From: Spirochaetia bacterium
GTDB lineage: Bacteria; Spirochaetota; Spirochaetia; UBA9216
DNA length: 64,000 nt
NCBI GenBank assembly: GCA_963677925.2
Contig: CAXXYH010000004.1
Coordinates: 192,001-256,000 of the forward strand
Reading direction: 5' to 3'
Under the pieces are notes generated by a model. That model searched no databases and was not told the origin of the DNA. It was given only the letters and a program-made list of their open reading frames with translations. This document shows, in pieces, positions 9,673-20,187 of this stretch; the first letter of the stretch is position 1; every line of letters starts with the position of its first letter. Made by a program: the position numbers and the translations under genes.

Positions 9673-10995
9673 CAACCGCCCCGAGCCGAAAACATCCCTG
9701 CACCAGAAGCCGCTGTCCTTGACTGTCCGTTTCTGCGTGTCCATATCTACATGCACTACACCGTACTTAAGACTGTAGCCGGAGCTCCACTCAAAATTAT
9801 CAAGAAGCGACCAGACAAAAAAACCTTTAAGCGGAACACCGTCCTGCAGTGCTTTCTGCGCGATGCTGAAATGATCGCGAAGAAAATTCACCCGGCTTTC
9901 ATCATGGACCCGCCCGTCAGCCGGAGCAGGATCATCAAAGGCCGCTCCGTTCTCGGTAATATAAACAGCCTTGGGACTGTAATCGGACTGAATACTCATA
10001 AGTGTATCGTAGAGCCCCTGGGGATATATCTCACGATCAGCACTATGCTCAACTTTCTGCATCGGAACACTTTCTGTTTCCAGCAGCCCGCTCCCCGGAC
10101 TTTGTTTAATCATAAGAGCGTTGTAGTAATTAATACCGATAAAATCCAGGGGTACAGCAATAGCCTTGATATCCTCATCGCTGACAGCCGGCATTGAGTT
10201 TCCATAAAACTCAAGCATATCATTCGGATAGCCCTTTCCGAAAACCGGATCAAAAAACCAGCGGTTAAAGTAGCCGTCAAACCGTGCTGCCGCAGCATTA
10301 TCCTCATCAGAATCAGAGGCCGGATAAACCGGAAGGTAGTTCGGCCCTATCCCGTATTCAAGCTTATCAACATTGCTTCGAATCGGAACCGCAGCAAGGC
10401 CGTGTGACAGCAGAAGGTTGTGCGAGGCGGTCAGTGTATCTTTCAAATCTCCGTATCCGGGGGCAAACTCACCATGAAGCATTCCAAGAAAGCTCACGCA
10501 CCAGGGCTCATTGTGGCTTATCCATTTTTTTACACGGTCTCCCAGTTTTCGGCTGACAGCATCAGCATATTCAGTGAAGCGGAAGGCAGTGTCCCTGTTA
10601 ACCCAGCCCCCTTTATCCTGCAGGCTCTGAGGGAGATCCCAGTGATAGAGTTTTGCAAATGGCTCAATCCCGGACTCAAGAAGTTCGTCCACAAGGCGGC
10701 TGTAAAAATCAATGCCTTCAGGGTTGAAAACTCCGCCCTTCATAACCCTGGGCCATGCAATTGAAAAAAGGTAGGCCTCGGCATTCAGGGTCTTCATCAG
10801 TTTTACATCTTCTTTGTAAAGATGGTAATGATTACAGGCTGCTGCGCCTGATGAGCCGTCTTTTATCTTTCCCGGCATTTCACAGAAGGTATCCCAGATT
10901 GAGGGCTCCCGTCCGCCTTCACTTACAGCCCCTTCTATCTGATATGATGAAGTTCCGAATCCGAAAATAAAATCTTCTGGAAAATCAGTATTCAT
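9667..10995 (-). CDS. bglA: GH1 beta-glucosidase
   Basis: TSSYQIEGA, HWDLP, NEP, YITENG, DNFEW motifs. Confidence 0.9.
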   Translation of the reverse strand: MNTDFPEDFIFGFGTSSYQIEGAVSEGGREPSIWDTFCEMPGKIKDGSSGAAACNHYHLYKEDVKLMKTLNAEAYLFSIAWPRVMKGGVFNPEGIDFYSRLVDELLESGIEPFAKLYHWDLPQSLQDKGGWVNRDTAFRFTEYADAVSRKLGDRVKKWISHNEPWCVSFLGMLHGEFAPGYGDLKDTLTASHNLLLSHGLAAVPIRSNVDKLEYGIGPNYLPVYPASDSDEDNAAAARFDGYFNRWFFDPVFGKGYPNDMLEFYGNSMPAVSDEDIKAIAVPLDFIGINYYNALMIKQSPGSGLLETESVPMQKVEHSADREIYPQGLYDTLMSIQSDYSPKAVYITENGAAFDDPAPADGRVHDESRVNFLRDHFSIAQKALQDGVPLKGFFVWSLLDNFEWSSGYSLKYGVVHVDMDTQKRTVKDSGFWCRDVFGSGRLS

Positions 10996-11012
10996 ATTCG
11001 TTCCTGGATGAA

Positions 11013-11861
11013 TCAGCCCTTAACACTTCCAAGTGTCACACCCTTGATGATGTGCTTTGACAAAAGCAGGTAGACAATCATAAGCGGAACTATCGCAACA
11101 AAGATAAGCATATAAACCTTGCCCAGATCAAACTTCATATAGTCGGCACTCCGCAGCTGGGCGATGAGGATGGGAACGGTCTTTTTTGCTTTTGAGTTTA
11201 TTATCAGCGCAGGCATAAAATAGTTGTTCCATGAGGTGACAAAGGAAAAAATAGCCTGGACCGCCATTGCCGGTTTCATGATGGGCAGAACAATTGTGTT
11301 GAATGTTCTTATCTCGTTTGATCCGTCCACCCTTGCAGCTTCAACAATCTCGAAGGGAAGAGAGGCTTCCATGTACTGAAGCATAAAAAAGAAAACTATA
11401 GGAGAGGCTATGGAAGGAACTATAAGCGGAATAAAACTGTCCATCAGACCCATTTTCATAACCAGCTGAATGAAGCCTGCGGCGGAAACCTGGGGAGGAA
11501 CCATCATCACAAGCATAATAAATCTGAATGCAAACTCGCGCCCCTTAAACCGGTACATGTGAATAGCATAAGCTGTCATTGCCGAGAAATAGGCGGTAAA
11601 CAGTGCTGTTACCGTGGATATAAAAACCGAGTTTCCTAGTGCCTGCACTATCGGAATGTTCTCATCGGTAAAGAGACTATTCCAGTTCAGAAAAAATGCG
11701 TTCCCCGGAAGAATCGAAAAGCCTTTTATTATCTGGCCGTGAAGCCTGGTTGAATTGATAATCAGAATAATAAACGGGAAAAGAGATATCGCAGCCAGAA
11801 GAATCAGAGCGGCATAACATATTCCGCGCTGCAGCTTTATGGTGTTTCGTTCAATTCTCAT
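11013..11861 (-). CDS. Carbohydrate ABC transporter permease (MalG-like)
   Basis: EAARVDG (EAA) motif, multiple TM helices. Confidence 0.9.
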   Translation of the reverse strand: MRIERNTIKLQRGICYAALILLAAISLFPFIILIINSTRLHGQIIKGFSILPGNAFFLNWNSLFTDENIPIVQALGNSVFISTVTALFTAYFSAMTAYAIHMYRFKGREFAFRFIMLVMMVPPQVSAAGFIQLVMKMGLMDSFIPLIVPSIASPIVFFFMLQYMEASLPFEIVEAARVDGSNEIRTFNTIVLPIMKPAMAVQAIFSFVTSWNNYFMPALIINSKAKKTVPILIAQLRSADYMKFDLGKVYMLIFVAIVPLMIVYLLLSKHIIKGVTLGSVKG

Positions 11862-12814
11862 TTCAGCTTTCCTCTCTTTCCGTTTCCGTAATAGCTTTTC
11901 ATGGTGATGTTGTAAACGACAAAACTGAGTACCGCAGTTACGATAAAAATCAGTGTGGATACTGCGCCTCCCAGTCCGAAGTTCCTGCTGAAGAGGTGCT
12001 TATTCAGATACATAATCAGAGTCATTGTAGTACGGTTAGGAAGTCCGTCTCCTTTGGTTAAAACCTGCGGAACGTCGAACATCTGGATACCGCCGATTAG
12101 ACTTGTAATCATCACATAGGCAAGTATGGGTAGAAGCAGAGGCATAATTATCCGGAAAAAAATCTGCAGCGAATTCGCACCGTCCATCCTGGCGGCTTCA
12201 AAGAGGCTTTCATCTATACCCATTATGCCGGCCATCAGAAGTATTGTTGTGTTGCCGTACCACATGAGAAAATTCATAAGAGCAACTAGTCCGCGGGCTG
12301 TCGTTTTAATTGCAAGAAACCTTATCGGTGTTTCAGATATTCCCATGCTCTGAAGAATACTGTTTACCGGTCCTGCATCAGAAAAGAGTGTAAAAAACAG
12401 CATGGAAAATGCCGCTGCCATGATCAGGTTAGGCATGTAGACAACCGTCTTAAAAAACGGCTGGGCCTTAAGTTTCAGCTTGCTGCTGGTAAACCAGACT
12501 GAAAGAACAAGTGAAATTACAATCTGCGGAACAAAACCCATCAGCCACATAACAATTGTATTCCATGCATATTTGGGAACATCGGAATTAAGAAGTATTT
12601 CCGCATAGTTTTTAAGACCTACAAAATTGGGCCCGACCTGAAGAAGTCCGATTCTGTAATTCTCAAAAAGACTGTTATAAAAAGTTGATATCAGCGGTAT
12701 AAGGGTAAATGTAATATAGATCAGAAAAAACGGAGCAAGAAAAATATATCCCCACCGCGAATAGCTGATACTCTTTTTGCCCGGTGCAGCACTGTTACGC
12801 ATAAAGATCCTCAT
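11858..12814 (-). CDS. Carbohydrate ABC transporter permease (MalF-like)
   Basis: FVGLKNY and EAARMDGA motifs, TM helices. Confidence 0.9.
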   Translation of the reverse strand: MRIFMRNSAAPGKKSISYSRWGYIFLAPFFLIYITFTLIPLISTFYNSLFENYRIGLLQVGPNFVGLKNYAEILLNSDVPKYAWNTIVMWLMGFVPQIVISLVLSVWFTSSKLKLKAQPFFKTVVYMPNLIMAAAFSMLFFTLFSDAGPVNSILQSMGISETPIRFLAIKTTARGLVALMNFLMWYGNTTILLMAGIMGIDESLFEAARMDGANSLQIFFRIIMPLLLPILAYVMITSLIGGIQMFDVPQVLTKGDGLPNRTTMTLIMYLNKHLFSRNFGLGGAVSTLIFIVTAVLSFVVYNITMKSYYGNGKRGKLK

Positions 12815-12854
12815 TGTAGTTTATACACAGGCAGGGCTATCCGCTGCCTGATTT

Positions 12855-12894
12855 AAAAAAAGAAACCCGCTCACAGCTCTGCCTGAGCGGGTTT
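12855..12894 (-). terminator. Intra-operon terminator/stabiliser hairpin after the solute-binding protein gene
   Basis: AAACCCGCTCA (12863-12873) / TGAGCGGGTTT (12884-12894), followed by a T-run on the minus strand; a second hairpin CAGGCAG/CTGCCTG lies at 12828-12850. Confidence 0.7.
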
Positions 12895-12902
12895 GATTTT
12901 CT

Positions 12903-14237
12903 TTATCTGGATAAGTTAGGATACAGTTCGGTAACGGCTGTGTAAAAGTTGTTCCAGGCCTGTTCCTCTGAAATTGTTCCATTGAAGTAATCACTGAAAG
13001 CATTCTGAAGCTTTTCTGTCATTCCCTGATCATAAGGGCTCATATTGCTTCTGTCTATACTTTTTGCTGAGTCGAGAAGAACTGATATGTGGTTCTGTCC
13101 AGCAAGAAATTTGTTGTTATATTCGCTCTTAGCAATATCAGCCATAGCTTCTTCATTGTTGGTGAAATCACCGTATTCCATCGCGATTGATTTAAGGGTT
13201 TCTTCATCGCAGGTGAGTGTGTACATTACATCACGGATAAGGTCCAGATTATCGCTTCCTGCAGCGCCGCAGATCCATGTTCCGCCCCAGCTGAATCCCT
13301 GAGGACCCATACAGAGCGCCCAGTCTCCATAACTTCCGTTTCCGGCTTCCTTGGCACCGTTTGGATCTTCAAGAGTAGCAGGAGCAAGACAGAAGTCCTG
13401 GAACCAGCTTGGACCGAAGTAGCCGAAAACCTTACCTGAAAGTGTAGCTCCCTGGAAACTTTCCGCAGACCAGAGGTTTGCCTTGTTGTTATAGCCGTTC
13501 TCTGAGTAGAGTTTAGTCTGGGCAATCCATCTTTCAATGGAAGGATCAATATTTATCTTGTTGCCGTCGACCCATGCACTTCCCATATTATCAGAGAAAA
13601 CACGGAAGGCATCATCATAACCGCTGAGCATAAAGTATCCCTTGGCCTTTGCATCTGCAGCAACCTTGTCGAATTTATCCCAGCTTGAAAGAGCGGCCTG
13701 TACATCTTCAGGTTTATCAGAGCCGATTACAGCCTTGGCAATAGATCTTCTGTAGATAAAACCGCCCGGGCAGGCCTGCCATGAAACACCCTTAAGAACA
13801 CCATTTTTATCTGTCATGATATCTTTAGTGTATTTATACTGTTTTGAAACATCAGCCTGAGTAAGACCGACTTCATTTATGACATCCAGCGTGTATGGAG
13901 TATCAACATACTTCAGGGCGTAGTCAGCTTCGACAAGAAAGATATCTACTTTTTCATCATCAGCGATATTTTCCTGCTGAAGAAGTGCTTCATCAAGCTT
14001 GTTCTGGTAAGCATTTCCTTCATTAGGAGTAATTACCCAGTTTACTGTTACACCTTCGGGGATTAATCCCTTTTCTTCAAAATATGCCTTGAAACGAGTC
14101 TGAAATTCCTCATTCCAGCAGTAGATGTTGAGAACCTTGCCCTGTTCTTTGGCAGTCTCCTTTTCTGCAGTTCCTCCGGCAAAAAGGCCTGTTACTGTAA
14201 GAAGCAGGCATACCGAAACGATTAGCATTCTTTTCAT
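12903..14237 (-). CDS. Sugar ABC transporter substrate-binding protein (cellobiose/cellodextrin-type by context)
   Basis: Leader ...LFAGGTAE, WGGTW motif, adjacent to the permeases. Confidence 0.85.
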   Translation of the reverse strand: MKRMLIVSVCLLLTVTGLFAGGTAEKETAKEQGKVLNIYCWNEEFQTRFKAYFEEKGLIPEGVTVNWVITPNEGNAYQNKLDEALLQQENIADDEKVDIFLVEADYALKYVDTPYTLDVINEVGLTQADVSKQYKYTKDIMTDKNGVLKGVSWQACPGGFIYRRSIAKAVIGSDKPEDVQAALSSWDKFDKVAADAKAKGYFMLSGYDDAFRVFSDNMGSAWVDGNKINIDPSIERWIAQTKLYSENGYNNKANLWSAESFQGATLSGKVFGYFGPSWFQDFCLAPATLEDPNGAKEAGNGSYGDWALCMGPQGFSWGGTWICGAAGSDNLDLIRDVMYTLTCDEETLKSIAMEYGDFTNNEEAMADIAKSEYNNKFLAGQNHISVLLDSAKSIDRSNMSPYDQGMTEKLQNAFSDYFNGTISEEQAWNNFYTAVTELYPNLSR

Positions 14238-14272
14238 ACAAATCCTCCAAATTTATTTTTATATGAAACCTT

Positions 14273-15286
14273 TCACTTCAGGTTTAAATCACATACTGAT
14301 GCTCCGGGAATTAGTTCTCCGGGTACTGAAACAATCTCCGGACTGAAGCTGTCTGAGTTCTCAATATTCCGAATCAGCTGATAAGCCATCTGCTTCCCGA
14401 GCATTTCACCATTCTGCCTGTAGGTGGTCAGCGGCGGATGAAGAAGCCTTGAAAGAAGAATGCCGTCGTAACCGGCAATCGAAATATCCTTACCTATCTC
14501 AAGCTGCATTTCCTGAATAACCTTGATTCCTCCAAGAATAGCAAAGTCGTCCGGATACAAAATACATGTCGGCGGTTCAGCCATGGCAAGAAGCGCCCTT
14601 GTGGCTTCTTCACTCTGGCCCGGTTCGTGATACATCCCTTCCAGAAGATAATCAGAAGGAACAGTGATTCCGTTTTCACCGCAGACCGCCAGAAAAGACT
14701 CAAGGCGCTGACTGGTTACGTCAGTGTCCTCACCGTAGATAAAGGCAATCCTTCTGTGCCCAAGACCCGCCGCATATTCGGTAAGCTTTCTCATCCCGAC
14801 GGTATTGTCACTCACAACAGCAGTATGACCATCTACAACATGGTCAAGGGTTGTAACCGGGATACCGCTTGTAAGCAGCTGGATGATATCCGGCTTTGAA
14901 TAATCCACTACAACCATCGCAATACCGTCGCAGCCGCGGTATCTTGTATGCTTGAAATAATTGTCCTGGCCGCCCAGATTGTTGCTGATAAAGGTTATGT
15001 CATAACCCCTTGATTCCGCCTCAACCTTGAGACTGTCGAATATAGTAGCAAAGTATCCATGCTGGAGCCCGCTCTTTGTCTTATCCTCAAAAATTACGCC
15101 GATATTGTATGTCCTGCTTGTTTTGAGCGCACGTGCGGCAGAATTGGGCTGATACCCAAGCTCTTCGGCCGCAGCCCTAACCATCTTCGAGGTCTGCTCT
15201 CCTATTTCCCTGCTGCCGTTAAGCACCTTGCTTACAGTGGACAGCGAAACATTGCATTTTTCAGCTACATCCTTCAACTTAGCCAT
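14273..15286 (-). CDS. LacI-family transcriptional regulator
   Basis: KLKDVAEKCNVSLSTVSKVLN HTH, YQPNSAARAL hinge, PPLTT. Confidence 0.95.
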   Translation of the reverse strand: MAKLKDVAEKCNVSLSTVSKVLNGSREIGEQTSKMVRAAAEELGYQPNSAARALKTSRTYNIGVIFEDKTKSGLQHGYFATIFDSLKVEAESRGYDITFISNNLGGQDNYFKHTRYRGCDGIAMVVVDYSKPDIIQLLTSGIPVTTLDHVVDGHTAVVSDNTVGMRKLTEYAAGLGHRRIAFIYGEDTDVTSQRLESFLAVCGENGITVPSDYLLEGMYHEPGQSEEATRALLAMAEPPTCILYPDDFAILGGIKVIQEMQLEIGKDISIAGYDGILLSRLLHPPLTTYRQNGEMLGKQMAYQLIRNIENSDSFSPEIVSVPGELIPGASVCDLNLK

Positions 15287-15295
15287 TTATGCTCC

Positions 15296-15331
15296 TTTCT
15301 GATTTACTACAACGTTGTAGTAAATCAGAAA
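15296..15331. promoter_or_regulatory. Perfect 36-bp palindrome, probable LacI-type operator
   Basis: TTTCTGATTTACTACAAC|GTTGTAGTAAATCAGAAA with central CpG, next to the LacI ribosome-binding site. Confidence 0.7.
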
Positions 15332-15358
15332 AATAAAACCAATCCAAGCCCCGCATAC

Positions 15359-17761
15359 TCATAAAAGAACAGCCTCCACTTCAGCGCTTCCACTGATCTC
15401 GCTAAGCAGTTCTTCTGTTATAACATTCCCCGGACATAATCGGCCGTTTATCCTGAACTCGCGGACACTCCCGCAGCAGGATTCAGGATTTAAAATTTTT
15501 ATACTGATATCAATACCGCGGAATTTACGCTTCACCGTGAACCTCTCCCAGGATGCCGGTATACAGGGGTCTATTTTCAGTCCTTCAAATACCGGCCTTA
15601 TTCCGAGTATATATTCAGTTGCAGCCCGGTATGCCCAGGCGGCAGACCCTGTGAGCCAGGAATTCCTGCCGAGGCCGAACCCCGGATGCTCATCGCTTAG
15701 TATATTCTGAGCGTAACAGTAGGGTTCACATTCATAGGTATCAATAATTTTATTTTTGGAAGCCGGATTGATAGCCGAATAGTACTCAAAAGCTCTCTCT
15801 CCGTTTCCAAGCATAGTTTCGGCTATCATCACCCATGGATTTGCGTGAAGAAATATTCCGGCATTCTCCTTTGCTCCCGGCGGATAGGTTGTAACACCGC
15901 CCTTCTCCGGATCGTAACCTTCATACCCAGGACTCATCAGTTTGATTCCCGCTTCAGTCGCAAGCCGCCGGTTTACAGAATCAAGAGCCCTGACAGCCCT
16001 GTCCCTCGGGGCAAAACCGCTTAATACAGCCCAGCTCTGTGCATTAGCAAAGATTGAAGCATACCTGTCTTCAGGTGCACCGAGAGCCTTGCCCCTGTGA
16101 TCAAAATAGCGTACATACCAGTCGCCGACCCAGGCTTCGGCATTAAAGATATCTTTCATTTTTACATAATCTGACTGAAGATTTTCAGCCAAAGCTGTAT
16201 CCAGGCTGCAGTATTCCAGAAGCTGAATCATTTCGCTTAAAGCAAAGCCGTAAAGACATGCTATAAAGGAAGATTCTGCTCCGGCAGGCAGATTCACAGT
16301 ATCATTCCAGTCTGCAAAACCCAGAAGAGGAAGTCCGTGCGCTCCGGTGTTCTCTCCGGTAAATTTCAATGCCCGCAGCAAATGCTCAAGCACCGTGGCG
16401 GATTCATCTGAATCATAAAATCTGATTTCTTTATCAAGGAAGGCGGTATCACCGGTTTCTTTTATAAGCGAACATACAGCATATACAGCCCATAGGTGAT
16501 CATCGCCGTAATACTGCGGACGGTCTGGCATTTCTTCAGTTTCCCCCGGATGAGCCTCGCCCGATAGAGGATTATACTGATGCATAGCCGAACCGTTGCT
16601 TTTCTGGGTTTTAAGGATTTCCAGAAGGTAGTCAGCGGCCTCGGCCGGTTTCTGCGATATAATTCCGCATACATCCTGACAGGCATCCCGGAAACCGATT
16701 CCCCGCGCCCCGTAACCGGTCTGATAAATGGAAAGATATCTCGCCCAGTTCTTGGTGATATAGCACTGCCTGGGATTATGAATATTCACCATGCTGTTCA
16801 TATCATCAGCAGGAGTGTCTGCATTGAAATAAGAAAGATGCTCATCCCAGAAGGATTTAATATTGCTGAAGGCTGAATCAACCTCATCTTCAGAGCTGAA
16901 CCTTTCAACAGCTGACACCGCACCGGCTTCCGAATCCGCCTGCCCGAGCATAGTAAAGAAGCGTTCAGTTTTTCCCGGAGCTATCTCAAGAGGAATCATC
17001 AAGGCAGCTATATTATCACCGCGTTTCGCCTCGGTTTCCGACAGTTCAGCTGCTTCCATGGAGACGGGAGATTTCCACGAGCCGTATTCATTTGAGCCAA
17101 GAAAAATCCTCCGATCCGTTTCGAAGGATGAAGCCGCCCGGCTTGAACTGAAAAAATTAAGCATTGTATCGCGGTTCATATAGGCTGACTGCAGCAGAAC
17201 GGTGCGTCCTGAACTGCTTTTTACCGCACGGCTCTGCATGGTCTGGGGAACCCAGTCCGCGTTTGTAAGCTGCTTGAGCGCATCAAAGTGAGAATATTCT
17301 GCAGCCGGAATGAAATCCAGAGTCAGAGACTTTCCGGACTTATTATGAATTCTTACATCTCTTATTTCAAGTTTTTCACCAACCGGTACAAAGATACAAA
17401 TCTCCGATTCAAACTCACCGAAATCAGTCCTTATAATCAGATACTGTGTTCCGATACGGCATTCATAACTAATAATCCCTTCAGGAGAGGGCAGATAAAA
17501 CGGGCTCAGAAGCCTGTAGCCGGAAGCATCCTTAATCCGGATATATGCAGTAGTTCCGCGCATCTCTCCTGCCGGCAGGAATGAAAGGTAGCGTGTTATC
17601 CGGTTCAGAGCCGGGTCACCGCAGCAGAGCAGAGCTCCTCCTGTATGGTCGACAAAACCGCCGAAGGCAATTGTGCCGATATAGTTTATCCATTTAACAG
17701 GTGTGAGGGGATTGGTAATTACGTATTCCTTTGAATCATCATCAAAGTAGCCGTATTTCAC
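15359..17761 (-). CDS. GH94 glycoside phosphorylase (cellodextrin-phosphorylase/CepB-like)
   Basis: TPVKWINY, GIGFRD, GFADWND (catalytic Asp), KENAGIFLH, SWLTG. Confidence 0.85.
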   Translation of the reverse strand: MKYGYFDDDSKEYVITNPLTPVKWINYIGTIAFGGFVDHTGGALLCCGDPALNRITRYLSFLPAGEMRGTTAYIRIKDASGYRLLSPFYLPSPEGIISYECRIGTQYLIIRTDFGEFESEICIFVPVGEKLEIRDVRIHNKSGKSLTLDFIPAAEYSHFDALKQLTNADWVPQTMQSRAVKSSSGRTVLLQSAYMNRDTMLNFFSSSRAASSFETDRRIFLGSNEYGSWKSPVSMEAAELSETEAKRGDNIAALMIPLEIAPGKTERFFTMLGQADSEAGAVSAVERFSSEDEVDSAFSNIKSFWDEHLSYFNADTPADDMNSMVNIHNPRQCYITKNWARYLSIYQTGYGARGIGFRDACQDVCGIISQKPAEAADYLLEILKTQKSNGSAMHQYNPLSGEAHPGETEEMPDRPQYYGDDHLWAVYAVCSLIKETGDTAFLDKEIRFYDSDESATVLEHLLRALKFTGENTGAHGLPLLGFADWNDTVNLPAGAESSFIACLYGFALSEMIQLLEYCSLDTALAENLQSDYVKMKDIFNAEAWVGDWYVRYFDHRGKALGAPEDRYASIFANAQSWAVLSGFAPRDRAVRALDSVNRRLATEAGIKLMSPGYEGYDPEKGGVTTYPPGAKENAGIFLHANPWVMIAETMLGNGERAFEYYSAINPASKNKIIDTYECEPYCYAQNILSDEHPGFGLGRNSWLTGSAAWAYRAATEYILGIRPVFEGLKIDPCIPASWERFTVKRKFRGIDISIKILNPESCCGSVREFRINGRLCPGNVITEELLSEISGSAEVEAVLL

Positions 17762-20187
17762 AAAAGCACCTCTACTTCGTGTTTAGAATTATCAGAAAAA
17801 TAAGGAACGAATTTACCTTCAGCAGGCTTTCCGTCAACCTTCACAGCTGGGCCTTCACCCGTAGACGCCCGTTTAACTTCAATGTGGTAAAGGCTGCCTC
17901 TGCAGGTTCTTTCCACTGTAAATCCGGTCCAGTCATCAGGGATCACCGGATCGATTACCAGGTGATCAAAATCAGGCCTGATACCCAGTACATACTGTGT
18001 AAAAGCAAAGAAGCTCCAGGATGCCGTTCCGGTAAGCCATGAGTTCTTGGCTTCACCCTGAATAAAACCGTCGCGGCCGGATATCATCTGCGAATATACG
18101 TAGGGCTCAGTCTTATGCCTCTCCATAAGCGCATCATCATAGCCGGGGCAGATTGTCCGGTGATATTCCATAGCCTGAGCTCCGCGGCCCGCCATAGTCT
18201 CGGCAATTATTACCCAGGGATTATTGTGGCAGAAGATTGAACCGTTTTCCTTGTAGCCTTCCGGATAACTCGATATTTCTCCCAGCTCAATATGGTAGCC
18301 GGTGTAGGGCGGCGAAAGGATCTGGATGCCGTAGGGTGAGTACAGATGGTTTTTAACTGAATCAAGCGCCTTAAGCGGCAGCCCCTCATCCTTTCCAATC
18401 TCAGCCATTCCGCACATTCCCTGCGGTTCAATATAAATACTGCCTTCCGGGCATTCACTGCTGCCTACCCTGCTTCCGTTGTGATCATATGCCCTGACAA
18501 ACCACTCGCCGTCCCAGCCCTCGGCTTTTACAGCAGCTTCCATCTCAAGAATGGATTTATCCATTTCCTCTGCTTCCTTATCAAGCCCGAGTTTGCTGCA
18601 GAGGGCTGAAAAAGCACGGCCGGAGAATATAAACAGGCCTGCTATGAAAACAGATTCGGCTTTTCCACCTTCGGCATGTCCGCAGGTCTGAAAAGATTCG
18701 TCAGGATTATCCGAAAAAGCGTTGAGGTTCAGACAGTCGTTCCAGTCGCCCCGGCCGATAAGCGGAAGCCCGTGCGGACCTAGGTTTGAAAGCGTGAACC
18801 TGAATGAGCTTCTTATATGATCGAGCAGACTCCCGGTTTCTCCGTCGCGGTCCGCCCATTTGACCTGTTCATCAAGAATGGAATAATCCCCGGTTTCCCT
18901 TATGTATGTAGCTACCCCCATCGGCAGCCATAGAGGATCATCATTGAAATCTCCGCCGATATCACTGTTGCCGGTCTTGGTCAAAGGCTGATACTGATGG
19001 TAGGAACTTCCGTCTGAAAACTGAAGGGACGCACCGTCCAGTATTCTGGTTCTGACCCTCTGCGGTACAAGATGGTTGCAGGAAAGAGTATCCTGGAACG
19101 TATCCCTGAAACCTATACCGCGGCTTATCCCCGACTCAAAAAGAGAGGCGCTTCGGGCAAGGTTGAATGTAACCATGCACTGGTACTGGTTCCAGGTGTT
19201 TATAATTCGGTCAATCCTGTTGTCCGGGGTTGAAATCTGAAATGCTGAAAGATAATCGGCCCAGTATTCTGCAAGATCTGTCAGACCTGCAGCAATCTTC
19301 TCAGCCGAATCATACTTACTAATCATTTCCAGTGCGGTATCTTTTCGAAGCTTTCCCTCATCATCCCATTTCTGATCCCCTGGATTTTCAGCATAGCCGA
19401 GAACAAAGACAGCAGTTCTGCTTTCTCCAGGAGCAAGAGTCATTTTAAGATGGTGTGAGGCCTGCGGATGCCATCCGTGACAGACTGAATTTCCCGCTTT
19501 ACCTGCTTCTACCGCCTGCGGCATAGCCAGCCCGCGGTTTCGGCCCAGAAATGAGTCCCGATCGGTATCAAAGCCAGTGTAATCATCTGATACACAGCTG
19601 AAAAATGAATAATGGTTTCTTCTTTCCCGGTATTCGGTGCGATGATAAATAACCTGATTTTCAACTTCCACTTCTCCGGTGCTGAAGTTGCGCTGAAAGT
19701 TGGTCATATCATCAAGAGCATTCCAGAGGCAGAACTCCACAAAAGAAAAGACATCTGCAGTCTTTTGAGAACTGCTCTTATTACTCACTTTCAGGCGGAT
19801 TACTTCACCCTTATATCCGCGGGGAATGAAATGCAGCTGTGAAACTTCAAGCCCGTTTTTAGCTCCGGTGATTTCGGTATAGCCCATTCCATGCCTGCAT
19901 GAATAACTGTCAAGTTCTGCACATACCGGCTTGAATGAAGGACTCCAGACATCCTTTCCATCATTTAGATAGAAGTAACGGCCGTTGCTGTCCACCGGAA
20001 CATCATTGTAGCGGTACCTTGTAATACGTCGAAGCTTGGGATCCCGGTAGAAGGCATAACCTCCGGCTGTGTTGCTTATAATGGAAAAGAACTCATCGGT
20101 TCCAAGGTAGTTTATCCATGGATATGGTGTATCAGGTGTATTGATGCGGAATTCCCGTGCTTTTTCATCAAACTGTCCGAAATTCAC
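17758..20187 (-). CDS. cbpA: GH94 cellobiose phosphorylase
   Basis: TPYPWINYLG...RITRYRYN, RGIGFRD, GRGDWNDCLNL, GYKENGSIFCHNNPW, KNSWLTG. Confidence 0.85.
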   Translation of the reverse strand: MNFGQFDEKAREFRINTPDTPYPWINYLGTDEFFSIISNTAGGYAFYRDPKLRRITRYRYNDVPVDSNGRYFYLNDGKDVWSPSFKPVCAELDSYSCRHGMGYTEITGAKNGLEVSQLHFIPRGYKGEVIRLKVSNKSSSQKTADVFSFVEFCLWNALDDMTNFQRNFSTGEVEVENQVIYHRTEYRERRNHYSFFSCVSDDYTGFDTDRDSFLGRNRGLAMPQAVEAGKAGNSVCHGWHPQASHHLKMTLAPGESRTAVFVLGYAENPGDQKWDDEGKLRKDTALEMISKYDSAEKIAAGLTDLAEYWADYLSAFQISTPDNRIDRIINTWNQYQCMVTFNLARSASLFESGISRGIGFRDTFQDTLSCNHLVPQRVRTRILDGASLQFSDGSSYHQYQPLTKTGNSDIGGDFNDDPLWLPMGVATYIRETGDYSILDEQVKWADRDGETGSLLDHIRSSFRFTLSNLGPHGLPLIGRGDWNDCLNLNAFSDNPDESFQTCGHAEGGKAESVFIAGLFIFSGRAFSALCSKLGLDKEAEEMDKSILEMEAAVKAEGWDGEWFVRAYDHNGSRVGSSECPEGSIYIEPQGMCGMAEIGKDEGLPLKALDSVKNHLYSPYGIQILSPPYTGYHIELGEISSYPEGYKENGSIFCHNNPWVIIAETMAGRGAQAMEYHRTICPGYDDALMERHKTEPYVYSQMISGRDGFIQGEAKNSWLTGTASWSFFAFTQYVLGIRPDFDHLVIDPVIPDDWTGFTVERTCRGSLYHIEVKRASTGEGPAVKVDGKPAEGKFVPYFSDNSKHEVEVLL

